Source: a bacterium (GTDB taxonomy: Bacteria > Campylobacterota > Campylobacteria > Campylobacterales > Sulfurimonadaceae). Taken from it: a stretch of DNA of 64,000 bases. The translations under genes were made by a program, and so were the position numbers. The stretch lies in NCBI GenBank assembly GCA_018824305.1, contig JAHJGM010000059.1:51127-115126 (forward strand), read 5' to 3'. The notes beneath the pieces were generated by a model. That model was not told where the DNA came from. It saw only the letters and a program-made list of their open reading frames with translations, and ran no database searches. Below are positions 19,790 through 30,166 of the stretch, piece by piece. Numbering within the stretch: the stretch's first letter is position 1; the number at the start of each line of letters is the position of its first letter.

Positions 19790-20686
19790 TTACACTTTTA
19801 TTGCAAGAAGGAAGTTGACGACATTGTCGATGAATGCATCGTGTTTACGCTCTTTTGAGTATGCGATATAAAATTTACGCGTGATCTTATAGTTTTTGAT
19901 CCTTGCTTCATACAATGTGCCGTTTTCGATCTCATTGGAGATAACATGGCGTGAAACTACAGATACGACAGGGCGTCCCGTTTTTGAAGCATGAGTAATA
20001 GACTCTTTTATAGCCGTCGTACTTGCAACCACTCCGATCACATTGAAACTGCTACACTCGACACCGATCTCTTCAAATACTTCAGCAGTCAGTTTTCTAG
20101 TATGAGAGTTTTCATCTCTGCATATCCAGTCAAACTTATACATATCTTCTCTTCTTAAGTTTTTAGGAATCGGCTGATTTGAAAACATGACGAGCTCATC
20201 TTCCACCCATTCTCTATAGATGATGCCGTCATGAAAAATCGGAGACTCTATCAAAGCTATATCTATTTTTTTATCTTCAAGCTGTTCGATAACCTCAGCT
20301 GAAAGAGCTACCTGCATATGAACTTCGTTATCTATTTTATCTTTTATCGCACCTATGTATGATGGTAAGATATAGTTACCGATCGCATAAGATGAACCCA
20401 TAACGAAAGTAAAATCTTTATTTATTATTTTTAAAAGCTCTTTTTCACTGTTTGAAATAGCCTTCTCTAAACGTGTTGCAATACGGAAAAGGTCTTCTCC
20501 CTCTTTTGTGAGACGGATACCGTTTTTCTTTCGTTCTACGACTTTTGTATCCAAATAATCTTCAATAAATTTAATCTGCTGAGTAACTGCAGGTTGGGAT
20601 ATTCCAAGCTTTGCCGATGCTTTAGAAAAACTTTTTTCTTTTACTACGGTCAAGAAGGTTTGTAGCTTTGCAAAATCTTTTAGCAT
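19790..20686 (-). CDS. LysR family transcriptional regulator
   Basis: 298 aa. N-terminal winged HTH (FSKASAKLGISQPAVTQQIKFIE) plus a LysR substrate-binding domain. Confidence 0.9.
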   Translation of the reverse strand: MLKDFAKLQTFLTVVKEKSFSKASAKLGISQPAVTQQIKFIEDYLDTKVVERKKNGIRLTKEGEDLFRIATRLEKAISNSEKELLKIINKDFTFVMGSSYAIGNYILPSYIGAIKDKIDNEVHMQVALSAEVIEQLEDKKIDIALIESPIFHDGIIYREWVEDELVMFSNQPIPKNLRREDMYKFDWICRDENSHTRKLTAEVFEEIGVECSSFNVIGVVASTTAIKESITHASKTGRPVVSVVSRHVISNEIENGTLYEARIKNYKITRKFYIAYSKERKHDAFIDNVVNFLLAIKV

Positions 20687-20718
20687 AATAATTCCTATAA
20701 GTATAATGAATAATAAAA

Positions 20719-20737
20719 TTATAACTCAAAATTATAA
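20719..20737. promoter_or_regulatory. Candidate LysR-type binding dyad in the divergent lysR / helicase intergenic region
   Basis: TTATAA-CTCAAAA-TTATAA (an ATAA-N7-TTAT core). It fits the T-N11-A style dyad used by LysR regulators and sits about 35-50 nt from the lysR start. The background is AT-rich, so chance occurrence is plausible. Confidence 0.3.
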
Positions 20738-20821
20738 TGAATGCAATAGTTTTGTAATAAAGCATATTTTTTTAGGTATAATTAAAGACTAAATCAAATA
20801 TTCAGATAGCGATGTGATAAT

Positions 20822-22870
20822 ATGGAAAAGATTTTTAGCAAACTAAATGCTGCACAGATAGATGCTGTAAAGCAGACAGAGGGTCCGGTACTCATTCTTG
20901 CAGGTGCCGGAAGCGGTAAGACGACGACGATTACCTCCAGACTTGCCTATCTCCTTAAAGAGGTAGGTATACCGGCAAGTAATACGCTTACGCTCACTTT
21001 TACAAATAAAGCTGCCAACGAGATGCGTGAGCGTGCTTTAAATATGATAGACAATAAATCTTACCCACCGTTACTATGTACATTTCACAAATTCGGGCTG
21101 TTGTTTTTAAAGTTTAATATCCATCTTCTAGGACGTGATAACAACTTCGTCGTCATAGATACCGATGATAAGAAAAAGATCTTGAAAAAACTCAATGCAG
21201 AGATACCCACACCTCTTATCGCAAGCGAAATATCAAGATATAAAAACTCACTATTGACACCTGATGATGCTTATAAACAAGCAGAGATGACCATTTATCA
21301 GCAGATCGCGAATGTTTATGAAGAGTATGAGCGCTATTTGCTAGAAAATAATCTTGTAGATTTTGATGACCTCTTGGCACTTCCATACAAACTTCTGTGT
21401 GAAAACGAGGAACTTGCTCTAAAGACTAGTCAGAAATACCAATACATCATGATAGACGAGTATCAAGACACTAATGAACTGCAGCTGAAACTGATACAAA
21501 AACTCTGTTCGACTCACAATAACCTTTGTGTCGTAGGAGATGATGATCAAAGCATCTACGGATGGCGCGGGGCACATATTAGAAATATCTTGGAGTTTGA
21601 TCAGGATTTCAAAGATGCTTATGTTGTAAAGCTCGAAGAGAACTACCGTTCACGCGAACCGATACTAAAAGTCGCAAATGCCCTTATCGAACACAACCGC
21701 TCACGTCTTGGAAAAAAACTGCTAAGCACACGCGGCAACGGTGAGGATGTCAGAACACTCAATTCTGACGATGAAAACGAAGAAGCAAGAAAGATAGCCG
21801 ATCAGATCATAAAACTGATCGACAAAGGTATCGCGCCGCGTGAGATAGCGATCCTTTACCGCGTCAATGCGCTGAGCCGTTCTATCGAAGATGGACTTAA
21901 CCGTGCAAATGTCCCCTATAAGCTTGTCGGCGGACTAAGGTTCTATGATCGTGCAGAGGTAAAAGACCTTATCTCATACCTTCGCGTTATCACGAACTTC
22001 CATGACAACTTCTCCTTTAAGAGGATCATGAACAAGCCTAAACGCGGTCTTGGAAAAGCGACGATAGATAAACTGGAACTCGCAGCGATAGAAAAAGACG
22101 TATCGATGTTTGAATACATCGACAGACACTCTTTGGCTGAGCTTGAAGATCTGGTAAAGAAGAAAAATGCACAGACATTAAAAAGTTTTATCGAGGATAT
22201 CAAAGAAGCTCATAGAGTTTCACAAGAAGCGATGTATACATTCGTGGATTTTATCGAAGAGACTTTCCATATCAAAGATATCTATAACACTCTCCCCGAC
22301 GGACAGGAAAGACTACTCAACATAGATGAGTTTTATGGACTCTTCCGTGAAAATGTCAAAAACCAGCCTGAAGTGACTTTAGACGAGTTTTTAAATGAAC
22401 TTACTCTCCAAAGCGATCAGGATGAGATAGAGGGTGAGAGCATCTACATGATGAGTATTCATGCCTCAAAGGGTCTGGAGTTCGAGCATCTCTTTATCAT
22501 AGGACTGGAAGAGGGATTTTTGCCTCTTATCGGTGACGGAAGCGATCTGGAAGAGGAGCGCCGTCTTGGCTATGTAGCTTTTACCAGAGCAAAAGAGACA
22601 CTGACCCTCTCTCACGCCAACAGCAGGTTTTACAAAGGCAGAAGAAGCGACCTTGGAAAAAGCAGATTCTTCAATGAAGCGGGACTTTGCGAAGGCTCGC
22701 TTGTCGTAGAGAAAAGCACGACCTTTAAAAAAGGCGATCTTGTCCGTCACAAGATCTTCGGTGCAGGACGCATTACCGGTGTCAGCAAAGCCGGAAAAGA
22801 GTTCAAACTCAGCATCAACTTCGGCGGTAACAACCGCGAGATATTAGCCTCTTTTGTAGAAAAACTGTGA
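20822..22870 (+). CDS. UvrD/PcrA/Rep family ATP-dependent DNA helicase
   Basis: 682 aa. SF1 helicase motifs: GAGSGKTT (Walker A), DEYQDTN, VGDDDQSIYGWRGA, HASKGLEF, and YVAFTRAK near the C-terminus. Confidence 0.9.
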   Translation: MEKIFSKLNAAQIDAVKQTEGPVLILAGAGSGKTTTITSRLAYLLKEVGIPASNTLTLTFTNKAANEMRERALNMIDNKSYPPLLCTFHKFGLLFLKFNIHLLGRDNNFVVIDTDDKKKILKKLNAEIPTPLIASEISRYKNSLLTPDDAYKQAEMTIYQQIANVYEEYERYLLENNLVDFDDLLALPYKLLCENEELALKTSQKYQYIMIDEYQDTNELQLKLIQKLCSTHNNLCVVGDDDQSIYGWRGAHIRNILEFDQDFKDAYVVKLEENYRSREPILKVANALIEHNRSRLGKKLLSTRGNGEDVRTLNSDDENEEARKIADQIIKLIDKGIAPREIAILYRVNALSRSIEDGLNRANVPYKLVGGLRFYDRAEVKDLISYLRVITNFHDNFSFKRIMNKPKRGLGKATIDKLELAAIEKDVSMFEYIDRHSLAELEDLVKKKNAQTLKSFIEDIKEAHRVSQEAMYTFVDFIEETFHIKDIYNTLPDGQERLLNIDEFYGLFRENVKNQPEVTLDEFLNELTLQSDQDEIEGESIYMMSIHASKGLEFEHLFIIGLEEGFLPLIGDGSDLEEERRLGYVAFTRAKETLTLSHANSRFYKGRRSDLGKSRFFNEAGLCEGSLVVEKSTTFKKGDLVRHKIFGAGRITGVSKAGKEFKLSINFGGNNREILASFVEKL

Positions 22871-23691
22871 ATAGACTGATCGTAGCGTACAAGCCGACAT
22901 GGGTCGGTTCAAATAAATTTTTATCGCAGTTAAAAAGAAAGTACAAAGAGAAAAAAGCCGGATTTTCAGGGACACTCGACCCCTTTGCAAAAGGCGTTTT
23001 GATCATCGGTTTTGGTTCTCACACAAAACTTTTCCGTTTTTTAAACAAGACTCCAAAACGGTACCGTGCTACGCTTTGGTTGGGAGCACACTCGGATAGT
23101 CTGGACATAGAACTGGTAGATACGATAGAAGAGATAAAACCTTTTGATGAAAATACAGTAAAAGAAGCAATAAAAAAGCTTGAAGGAACATTGACCTATG
23201 AGCCTCCCATCTTTAGTGCAAAAAAAATAGACGGACAACGCGCTTACGACTTGGCACGTGCAGGCAAAGAGGTCGTTTTAAACCAGATAACTTCGACTAT
23301 ATATGAGACAAAGTTCATCTCATACTGCCATCCTTTTGTAACTTTTGAAGCGACAGTCTCAGAGGGTACCTATATCCGCTCTCTTGGGCGCATCGTTGCA
23401 AACAGCCTGCATGTAAGCCATGGAAGTCTGAGTGCATTGGAGCGACTTAGCGAGGGGCAATTCGTATATGAAGATGAAAAACCGCTGGATATTAAAAAAT
23501 CTCTCAATATCCCGCAAAATTTTTATCTTGGAGATAAAGAAAACATCTTTTACGGCAAACCTTTACATGTAGAAGATTTAAAAATAAAAGATGGCGGCTA
23601 TTACTACTTGGATAATAATGATACAATTACGATAATAAATGTGTCTGAGAACAAAGTCAAATATGAACTAAACAAGGTTGAAGCATGCTAA
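22867..23691 (+). CDS. truB: tRNA pseudouridine(55) synthase
   Basis: 274 aa. The GTLDPFAKGVL catalytic-Asp motif is typical of TruB. 4-nt overlap with the helicase gene. Confidence 0.9.
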   Translation: MNRLIVAYKPTWVGSNKFLSQLKRKYKEKKAGFSGTLDPFAKGVLIIGFGSHTKLFRFLNKTPKRYRATLWLGAHSDSLDIELVDTIEEIKPFDENTVKEAIKKLEGTLTYEPPIFSAKKIDGQRAYDLARAGKEVVLNQITSTIYETKFISYCHPFVTFEATVSEGTYIRSLGRIVANSLHVSHGSLSALERLSEGQFVYEDEKPLDIKKSLNIPQNFYLGDKENIFYGKPLHVEDLKIKDGGYYYLDNNDTITIINVSENKVKYELNKVEAC

Positions 23692-23921
23692 TTTTATCTC
23701 GTAAATTAGACGAATCTATAATCATTGGCGAAAACATAGAGATAAAGATAATCTCTATTGACAAAGGGATGGTAAAACTCGGTATCGAAGCACCATCTTC
23801 CGTATCGATCTTAAGAAGTGAACTTATCAAAGAGGTAGAAAATTCCAACAAGGCGGCATCTGTACATGTAGATGATTCCGTACTTGAAAGTTTCTACAAA
23901 AAGTTTCCAAAAAAAGCATGA
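23685..23921 (+). CDS. csrA: Carbon storage regulator CsrA
   Basis: 78 aa. MLILSRKLDESIIIG...IKI...I....VKLGIEAP is the canonical CsrA sequence. csrA-ispE-smpB order as in H. pylori. Confidence 0.93.
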   Translation: MLILSRKLDESIIIGENIEIKIISIDKGMVKLGIEAPSSVSILRSELIKEVENSNKAASVHVDDSVLESFYKKFPKKA

Positions 23922-24697
23922 AGATATACAAAGCCTACGCCAAAGTAAACATTTTTTTAAAGATCACCGGAACCAGAGGAGATTATCACGAGATCATCTC
24001 CCGTTTTATGAAAGTCTCCTCTCTTTATGATGAACTTTCGTTTGTTCCAAAAAACAGTGAAAAATTCGAACTGATCGGGGATTTCAACTGCCCGACTGAA
24101 CAAAACACCATCTATAAAGCATATATCGCCCTAAAAGAGTACACAAAATCAGAATCTCTCACGAAGTTGTTAAAAAACTACGGCGTACATGTAAACAAAA
24201 AAATCCCCTCTTTTGCAGGTCTTGGCGGAGGCAGCAGCGATGCGGCGACATTTTTAAGGATGTGCAACGAAGTGCTTCATCTTGGTCTTTCAAAAAGCGA
24301 ACTTGCAGGTATCGGGGCAAAAGTGGGTGCCGATGTGCCGTTTTTTGTTTATGACTTTGACAGTGCCAATGTAAGCGGCATCGGAGAAATAGTAGAAAAG
24401 TTCAATGAAGAGCCTCTTGATTTGGAGATAATAACTCCTAAGATAGAAATATCGACGCCAAAGGTCTATACGACTTATCGAGAACTCTACTTTAATCCCA
24501 TAAACGGATTTAAAGCGGATGAATTGAAGCGTATGAAATCGATAGATATCCTCAAAAAAATGAGTATAGATGAGGCGAACGACCTCTTTAAACCTGCACT
24601 TCACAACTATCCTAAGCTCAAAGAGAGTTACAAACACGGGTATTTTTTCAGCGGAAGCGGAAGCAGTTTTTTCAGTATGAAGGAAATCAATGGGTAA
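23918..24697 (+). CDS. ispE: 4-diphosphocytidyl-2-C-methyl-D-erythritol kinase
   Basis: 259 aa. [10 protein letters not shown]-terminus and the GHMP-kinase motif [14 protein letters not shown]. Confidence 0.88.
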   Translation: MKIYKAYAKVNIFLKITGTRGDYHEIISRFMKVSSLYDELSFVPKNSEKFELIGDFNCPTEQNTIYKAYIALKEYTKSESLTKLLKNYGVHVNKKIPSFAGLGGGSSDAATFLRMCNEVLHLGLSKSELAGIGAKVGADVPFFVYDFDSANVSGIGEIVEKFNEEPLDLEIITPKIEISTPKVYTTYRELYFNPINGFKADELKRMKSIDILKKMSIDEANDLFKPALHNYPKLKESYKHGYFFSGSGSSFFSMKEING

Positions 24698-25142
24698 AAC
24701 GATAGCCAAGAATAAAAAAGCTTTTCATGATTATCATATCGAGGAAAAATTTGAAGCGGGACTTGTGCTAAGCGGCAGTGAGATAAAAGGGATCCGAGCC
24801 TCCAGAGTCAATCTCAAAGACAGTTTCATCCGTTTTGTCAAAGGGGAAGCATTTTTATTTAATGCTCACATCGGCAAGCTAGAGACGACGCATCATTACT
24901 TCGGGCATGAAGAGAGAGGCAACAGAAAACTCCTTCTGCATAAAAAAGAGCTTGCCAAACTCAAAGAAGCCGTAGAAAAAGATGGCTATACGATAGTGCC
25001 CTTAGAACTCTACCTCAACAATAGAAATCTGGCAAAACTGCAGATCGCTATAGCAAGAGGGAAAAACCTGCATGACAAACGTCACGATTTAAAAGAAAAA
25101 GATATGAAAAGAGATATTGAGCGAGCTTTAAAAGACTACTAA
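24690..25142 (+). CDS. smpB: SsrA-binding protein
   Basis: 150 aa. [26 protein letters not shown] is the conserved SmpB N-terminus, with a basic C-terminal tail. Confidence 0.95.
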   Translation: MGKTIAKNKKAFHDYHIEEKFEAGLVLSGSEIKGIRASRVNLKDSFIRFVKGEAFLFNAHIGKLETTHHYFGHEERGNRKLLLHKKELAKLKEAVEKDGYTIVPLELYLNNRNLAKLQIAIARGKNLHDKRHDLKEKDMKRDIERALKDY

Positions 25143-25534
25143 AGCTTTTTCAAAAACTCCGATATCTCCGTAAATCCCATACTCTTCTCTTTTATTTTTT
25201 CATCTTCATAGTTTACGGTATAGATCATAGGTATGACCGCTGATTCATACTGTTTTGGAAAGTTGTGCTCTTCACGGTTCAAGATAAGAGGGATGAACTT
25301 TTTATGGATCAGGTCATTCATCTGTTCTTTTGCAAGTTTTCTTTTTTCAAGCTTTTTGCACCATGGACAATAGTTTGCCACCATTACGAATAAAAGATCT
25401 TTTTTCTCCATCTTTGCTTTTGCAATAGCCGTTTTATAATCCGTCTCATAGCCCCGCATGACAGCAAACTCTTTATAACTCTGAGCAGATGCCAAAGTAC
25501 CTAAAAAAAGCATCAATACAAATAACTTTCTCAT
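25139..25534 (-). CDS. Periplasmic thioredoxin-fold protein (CxxC = CPWC)
   Basis: 131 aa. Signal peptide, then a [12 protein letters not shown] thioredoxin-type CxxC motif. 4-nt overlap with the upstream secreted-protein gene. Confidence 0.6.
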   Translation of the reverse strand: MRKLFVLMLFLGTLASAQSYKEFAVMRGYETDYKTAIAKAKMEKKDLLFVMVANYCPWCKKLEKRKLAKEQMNDLIHKKFIPLILNREEHNFPKQYESAVIPMIYTVNYEDEKIKEKSMGFTEISEFLKKL

Positions 25535-25974
25535 TCATTATCCTCTTTATACTGTTTTGCAAAACTCTCTAACAAATCGTCGATGTTTTCGTTCATATCT
25601 TCATCAATATTAAATACTTCAAATATCTTTTCAGCAGAATATGTCACGGCAAATACCTCTTCACCGTCATCGATCCTTTTAACCTCTTCGCCCACAAGCA
25701 GCTTTACATGTACGGCAGGTTCTTCGCCGATAGGGACTCCCGTGATCAAAAATGCAATAGAGCGCTGTGGATAGTCTTTCATGCTGATCCCGAGTGTCGT
25801 CATCTTGGCTTTAAGTTTTTGCAATATGATCTCTTTAAACTTTTGCGGCACATAATCGTTATGGATCTCCACAACAGGATATGCCCTTTTTAAACCCGTT
25901 AACATAAACGGTGTGTTTGCAAAAGAGTTTACATGTAATAGTACCGCTATGAGCAGTATTTTAAAAATATTCAT
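25531..25974 (-). CDS. Secreted/periplasmic hypothetical protein
   Basis: 147 aa. N-terminal signal peptide (MNIFKILLIAVLLHVNSFA), acidic C-terminus, and SD AAGGA 8 nt upstream. I recognise no family. Confidence 0.45.
   Translation of the reverse strand: MNIFKILLIAVLLHVNSFANTPFMLTGLKRAYPVVEIHNDYVPQKFKEIILQKLKAKMTTLGISMKDYPQRSIAFLITGVPIGEEPAVHVKLLVGEEVKRIDDGEEVFAVTYSAEKIFEVFNIDEDMNENIDDLLESFAKQYKEDNE
25929..25938. repeat. TTACATGTAA iterated palindrome, perfect copy 5
   Basis: Inside the signal peptide of the 147-aa secreted protein (minus strand), read as L-L-H-V-N. Confidence 0.9.
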
Positions 25975-26032
25975 TTTATTTCCTTTATTTCTTACGATTC
26001 AACTTCGCAATTATATAGGATTTATTCTCTAC

Positions 26033-29000
26033 TCAAGAGCTTTCATTGTTCATTTTTGTATCAAATATGTAAGCAAACATAGGGACATAGACCAAGGTCA
26101 GCAGCGTACCTACTAAAAGTCCGCCTATCGCCACATCCGCAAGAGGACTCAAACGCTCTAATCCCACAGCTTGTTCCAGTGCGATAGGGATCATCCCGGC
26201 AATGGTTCCAAAAGCGGTCATCATAACGGGACGAAATCTTACCTTTACAGACTCCATCGCACTCTCATACGCTTCTTCACCGCTCGCACGATAATTTTGG
26301 TAAAAGTCGATGAGCAAGACCGCATTTTTGATGATAATGCCAAAAAGCAGAAGTATCCCAAGCAGACTCGGCATACAGCTCGGCTTTTCAAAGATAAGCA
26401 TCGACCATGAAGCACCGATGAGAGAGAGCGGCAGAACGATTATCATAATAAACGCCATCCTTACAGAGCGATAGATAGCAATAAGCGTCATAATGAGCAT
26501 AACGATACCAAGACCAATGGCTTTTAACATGCGTTTAAAGCTGTCGTTTATCTGTGCGATATCTCCGGTTTGACTCATCTGGATATCATCAAGCTTAGCA
26601 TCTTTGAGCGCGGCTTCTGCATCGGCTGTGATATGCGTCACGGGGCGTTTTGCACGGTAGCCGTTCACATCAAGACTGTAAAGCATCCTGTCTCTTTCTA
26701 TCTTTGCAAAAGTCAGGTGACGTTTGATCTTCGCGATCTGCTCAAGCGGTATCTCTCCCGCAGCTGTTTTGATCGGAAGAAGTCTCAGCGTCTCGATATT
26801 TTGCGAAAACTTGCCTTTGAGATAGAGTCTTACAAACTGCGTGTTCATAGACTCTAAATTTGCATTTAGTCCTACTATCTCGCCTTTTATAGGCAGCTGC
26901 TGTGCGATCTGATACGGCGTAATCCCGTAACTAAGCGCTTTATTCTCGTCAATATCAAGTTCTATCTCCGTAAAATCTCTATCCCAGCTTGTAGAGACCG
27001 ATGTCAATCCATGAACATCCTCTATCGCTTTTTGAACCTTGTGTGATGTTTCTGAGAGTCCCTCTACTACAGGGGACTGAAGTCTAACATCCAAACTGGC
27101 TTTTATCGAAGAGACTGCTGTTGCTCCAAAATCATAGACATCATTCCTTTTTACACCCTCAATATGGGATATCTTCTCTCTTATAATATCCTCAAGCTCC
27201 CAGATGCTCTCTTTCCTATCAAAACGGTTGACCGCATTAATGGTTATCGTCGCTTCTGCAGGGATGTTTCCGCTTCCAAGACTCAGCACTCCCGCTTCGG
27301 TACCAAATGCGACCGAACTCATCTTTGCCCAAGGCTGTTTGTCTATCCACGCTATTACAGATCTTATTTTTGCCTCCGCACTCTCAACACTCTCGTTTGC
27401 GCTAAAAGCCACCTGTGCTTTTATGATACCCGTATCCATAGGAGGCATCGCATCTTTACCGATCGTGGGCATAATGTTTTTCATACTCAAAGCCAGTACA
27501 ATTATCACGCCCGCTGTCAGCATGATGCGGCGAAGGATCCTGAACTTTCCGTTTGAAAATCTGATGATCCCCACATAAGGAGTCACCAATCTACCTATTG
27601 TCTTTTGATAGATAAGCTCAAAGATATTCTCTATTTTTGTTTTGCTTGTTCCGTTTTTATATAACCAAGCAGAAAGCAGAGGTATAAAAGTGATGGATAA
27701 AAAGTAACTCACTAAAAGTGCGATGATAAGAGTTTCGATCAGAGGTCTAAATATCTTCTGCGGAAACCCGCCTACAAACATCAGGGGAAAGAGGATGACG
27801 ATAGTGGCGATAGTACCTGAGAATATAGGACTGAGTACCTCTCTTGTTCCGTTTTGAACAGCGGTCTTAAGGTCTTCATGTTTCTCTTTGAGATGTCTTT
27901 CTATGTTTTCTAGAATCACGACTGCATCATCTGTCAGCATTCCAAGAGCAAGTATGATAGCCGTATAAATGACTATGTTTAATTCCCCTCCTGTAAGCCA
28001 GATGATCGCCATCGTGGAGAAAAATACCATTGGGATAGAAAGACCCGCGGCGATAATAGCTCTAAAGTTACCCAAAAATATCATGATCACCAAAAGCGTG
28101 TAGATAACGGCATCTTTTAGAGCTTCTAGCATATTGGTGTTTGCCTGTTCTATCAGGTCTCTTTGCGTATCGCTTATCTCAAAGTTGATATTTGGGTACT
28201 CTGCCTGTAGTTTTTTCATCTCCAGACGTGTCGCCTTACTGACATCCAAGACACTTCCTCCCGGAGCACGCTGTACAGCAAGAGCGATGGCATCTTTGCC
28301 GTTACCGATATAACCGCTTGTACGTTTTTTATAGCTCCAGCTGACATCTGCGACATCGCTGAGTTTTACATTCGGTAAAATAGGAAGCTGTTTTAATCTC
28401 TCTGTATTGTCTTTTTCGCCGTAGAAAGTCACCGTGTAAAAGTCGTTATCCCCTTTTATAAAACCAAGAGGCATATCGCGGTTTAGAACCTGCAGCGATT
28501 TTGTTATCGTCTCGAAATTCACGCCGTATCTTTTTGCTTTAAATGGATCGACCTCTATGTTTATAGAGCTTTCATACCCGCCAAACACCTCTACGTTCCC
28601 GATACTCTCATTGCTTAAAAGATAGGGTTTTATGAAACTGTCCGCGATCTTGCGGATATCTACCAGATCGATATTGGAGTTTTTCGGACTCAGCGATATC
28701 ACATCCACCGGAAGCGTAAAATCACCAGCGGTGTAGATAGCAGGAGTCATCCCGGAGGGAAGTTTTGCTTTTGCGATTGAAAGAGCATTCGCGACATCCA
28801 CAGCTGCGGCATTGAGACTCTTTTTATAATCAAAATCAACTTTTACGATAGAGAAATTCGCAACATTTATGCTGCTCACATCAGTCACTAAACCTAAACG
28901 TGATATCTCCTCCTCTATCGGTTTTGATACAGTACTGGCTGCCACTTGCGCCGTTGCACCCGGGACTTTTGTGATGACGATCACCTGTGGCGGATTTGCG

Positions 29001-29113
29001 TCTGGAAAAAGATTTTTCGGCAGAGTCACAAGAGCCATGATCCCCATAACAAAAAATGCCGCAATAATGGAGTAAAGAAGATAGGGCCGTTTATAAAAAT
29101 ACTCGAATATCAT
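26033..29113 (-). CDS. RND efflux transporter permease (AcrB/CzcA superfamily)
   Basis: 1026 aa. Twelve-TM topology with two large periplasmic loops and the conserved RND TM4 region (LGMLTDDAVVILENI). Confidence 0.92.
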   Translation of the reverse strand: MIFEYFYKRPYLLYSIIAAFFVMGIMALVTLPKNLFPDANPPQVIVITKVPGATAQVAASTVSKPIEEEISRLGLVTDVSSINVANFSIVKVDFDYKKSLNAAAVDVANALSIAKAKLPSGMTPAIYTAGDFTLPVDVISLSPKNSNIDLVDIRKIADSFIKPYLLSNESIGNVEVFGGYESSINIEVDPFKAKRYGVNFETITKSLQVLNRDMPLGFIKGDNDFYTVTFYGEKDNTERLKQLPILPNVKLSDVADVSWSYKKRTSGYIGNGKDAIALAVQRAPGGSVLDVSKATRLEMKKLQAEYPNINFEISDTQRDLIEQANTNMLEALKDAVIYTLLVIMIFLGNFRAIIAAGLSIPMVFFSTMAIIWLTGGELNIVIYTAIILALGMLTDDAVVILENIERHLKEKHEDLKTAVQNGTREVLSPIFSGTIATIVILFPLMFVGGFPQKIFRPLIETLIIALLVSYFLSITFIPLLSAWLYKNGTSKTKIENIFELIYQKTIGRLVTPYVGIIRFSNGKFRILRRIMLTAGVIIVLALSMKNIMPTIGKDAMPPMDTGIIKAQVAFSANESVESAEAKIRSVIAWIDKQPWAKMSSVAFGTEAGVLSLGSGNIPAEATITINAVNRFDRKESIWELEDIIREKISHIEGVKRNDVYDFGATAVSSIKASLDVRLQSPVVEGLSETSHKVQKAIEDVHGLTSVSTSWDRDFTEIELDIDENKALSYGITPYQIAQQLPIKGEIVGLNANLESMNTQFVRLYLKGKFSQNIETLRLLPIKTAAGEIPLEQIAKIKRHLTFAKIERDRMLYSLDVNGYRAKRPVTHITADAEAALKDAKLDDIQMSQTGDIAQINDSFKRMLKAIGLGIVMLIMTLIAIYRSVRMAFIMIIVLPLSLIGASWSMLIFEKPSCMPSLLGILLLFGIIIKNAVLLIDFYQNYRASGEEAYESAMESVKVRFRPVMMTAFGTIAGMIPIALEQAVGLERLSPLADVAIGGLLVGTLLTLVYVPMFAYIFDTKMNNESS

Positions 29114-29116
29114 AAA

Positions 29117-30166
29117 CTATTCCTTCACTTTTAAGGCATAACCGCTGACAAGTCTAAGAAGGATATCAGGCTTAGCTACTACGATATCTTTGCCCTCTAG
29201 TGACTCTTTGATAACGACACCCTGCTGTGCACTCTGCAAGATATGAACTTCCTGTGCATCAGCTTGACTACCCTTGATGATCAGTACATAGCTTTTGCCA
29301 TCTCTGTTTAGCAGTGCATCAAAGGGAAGAAGTGTCCCTTTGTCATCAAACACAACCACATCGACCTCTATCCTGTCTCCGCTTGTCAAGTTATCTGCAC
29401 CGACATAGACCTTATACTCAGCAAGACCAGCGGATGTGCTTCCAAGAGGCAGCGTCTCATAGGTCTTAGAGTTGAACACGACACCTTTTATTTTAAGATC
29501 GCTTGGGACTCTTACCATAAGATAGAAGCCGTTTTTCGCACTTATGTTGATAAGCGCTTTTCCCGGCATACTCACAGCACCCTCGTTATCAAACGTCTTT
29601 GTTATAACACCATCGACCGGTGACGTGATAGTCGCATAAGAGAGGCTGTTATTCAACTCTATCGCTTTTTGTTTGAGTGATGCTATCTGAGCTTCTATAT
29701 TGGCTATTGAACTCAACTCTTTTTGCGACTCCTCGATCGAAGCGCCCTGCATTTTTAAAAGATCACTCGTTCTTTGATGCGTCGCCTGCAGATTTTCAAG
29801 AGAGACATTAGCCGCTTTTAACTGCTCATTTACACTCGCAAGATTACTTCCTATCTCTGTCGTATCCAGTCGAGCGATGATATCGCCTTTGCTTACATGT
29901 AAGCCGCTTGATTTGATGCTTATTATCCTAGCGGCGATACGTGAAGAGAGTTTTACGTCTTTATCGTTACTCACCTCTGCAAGATAAGGCAGAGTCAACT
30001 TTGCATCAACCATCTTCGGACTCATCTTGCTGACAACAATTGGATATATCACTGCCTGTGGAGAAGCAGCATCTTTTTGTTTTGCATTTTTGATCGTCTT
30101 TACACCTGCGACTATGATCGCGACTGCGGCTGCTACACCGATCGCTATTTTTACTGCTTTATTCAT
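29117..30166 (-). CDS. Efflux RND periplasmic adaptor subunit (membrane fusion protein)
   Basis: 349 aa. N-terminal anchor, alpha-helical hairpin region, and lipoyl/beta-barrel motifs (ITSPVDGVI). Located between the TolC-like and RND genes. Confidence 0.85.
   Translation of the reverse strand: MNKAVKIAIGVAAAVAIIVAGVKTIKNAKQKDAASPQAVIYPIVVSKMSPKMVDAKLTLPYLAEVSNDKDVKLSSRIAARIISIKSSGLHVSKGDIIARLDTTEIGSNLASVNEQLKAANVSLENLQATHQRTSDLLKMQGASIEESQKELSSIANIEAQIASLKQKAIELNNSLSYATITSPVDGVITKTFDNEGAVSMPGKALINISAKNGFYLMVRVPSDLKIKGVVFNSKTYETLPLGSTSAGLAEYKVYVGADNLTSGDRIEVDVVVFDDKGTLLPFDALLNRDGKSYVLIIKGSQADAQEVHILQSAQQGVVIKESLEGKDIVVAKPDILLRLVSGYALKVKE
29891..29904. repeat. TTACATGTAA iterated palindrome, perfect copy 6, extended to the 14-nt palindrome GCTTACATGTAAGC
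   Basis: Inside the efflux adaptor gene (minus strand), read as G-L-H-V-S. Confidence 0.9.

Noticed and set aside
24290-24709. 139-aa minus-strand ORF antisense to ispE/smpB
   Set aside because: It overlaps two well-supported plus-strand genes. No motif or SD is present, so I treat it as spurious.
27164-27578. Two overlapping plus-strand ORFs (130 and 124 aa) inside the RND permease gene
   Set aside because: They are antisense to a 1026-aa transporter gene with a continuous, conserved frame. They are typical shadow ORFs.
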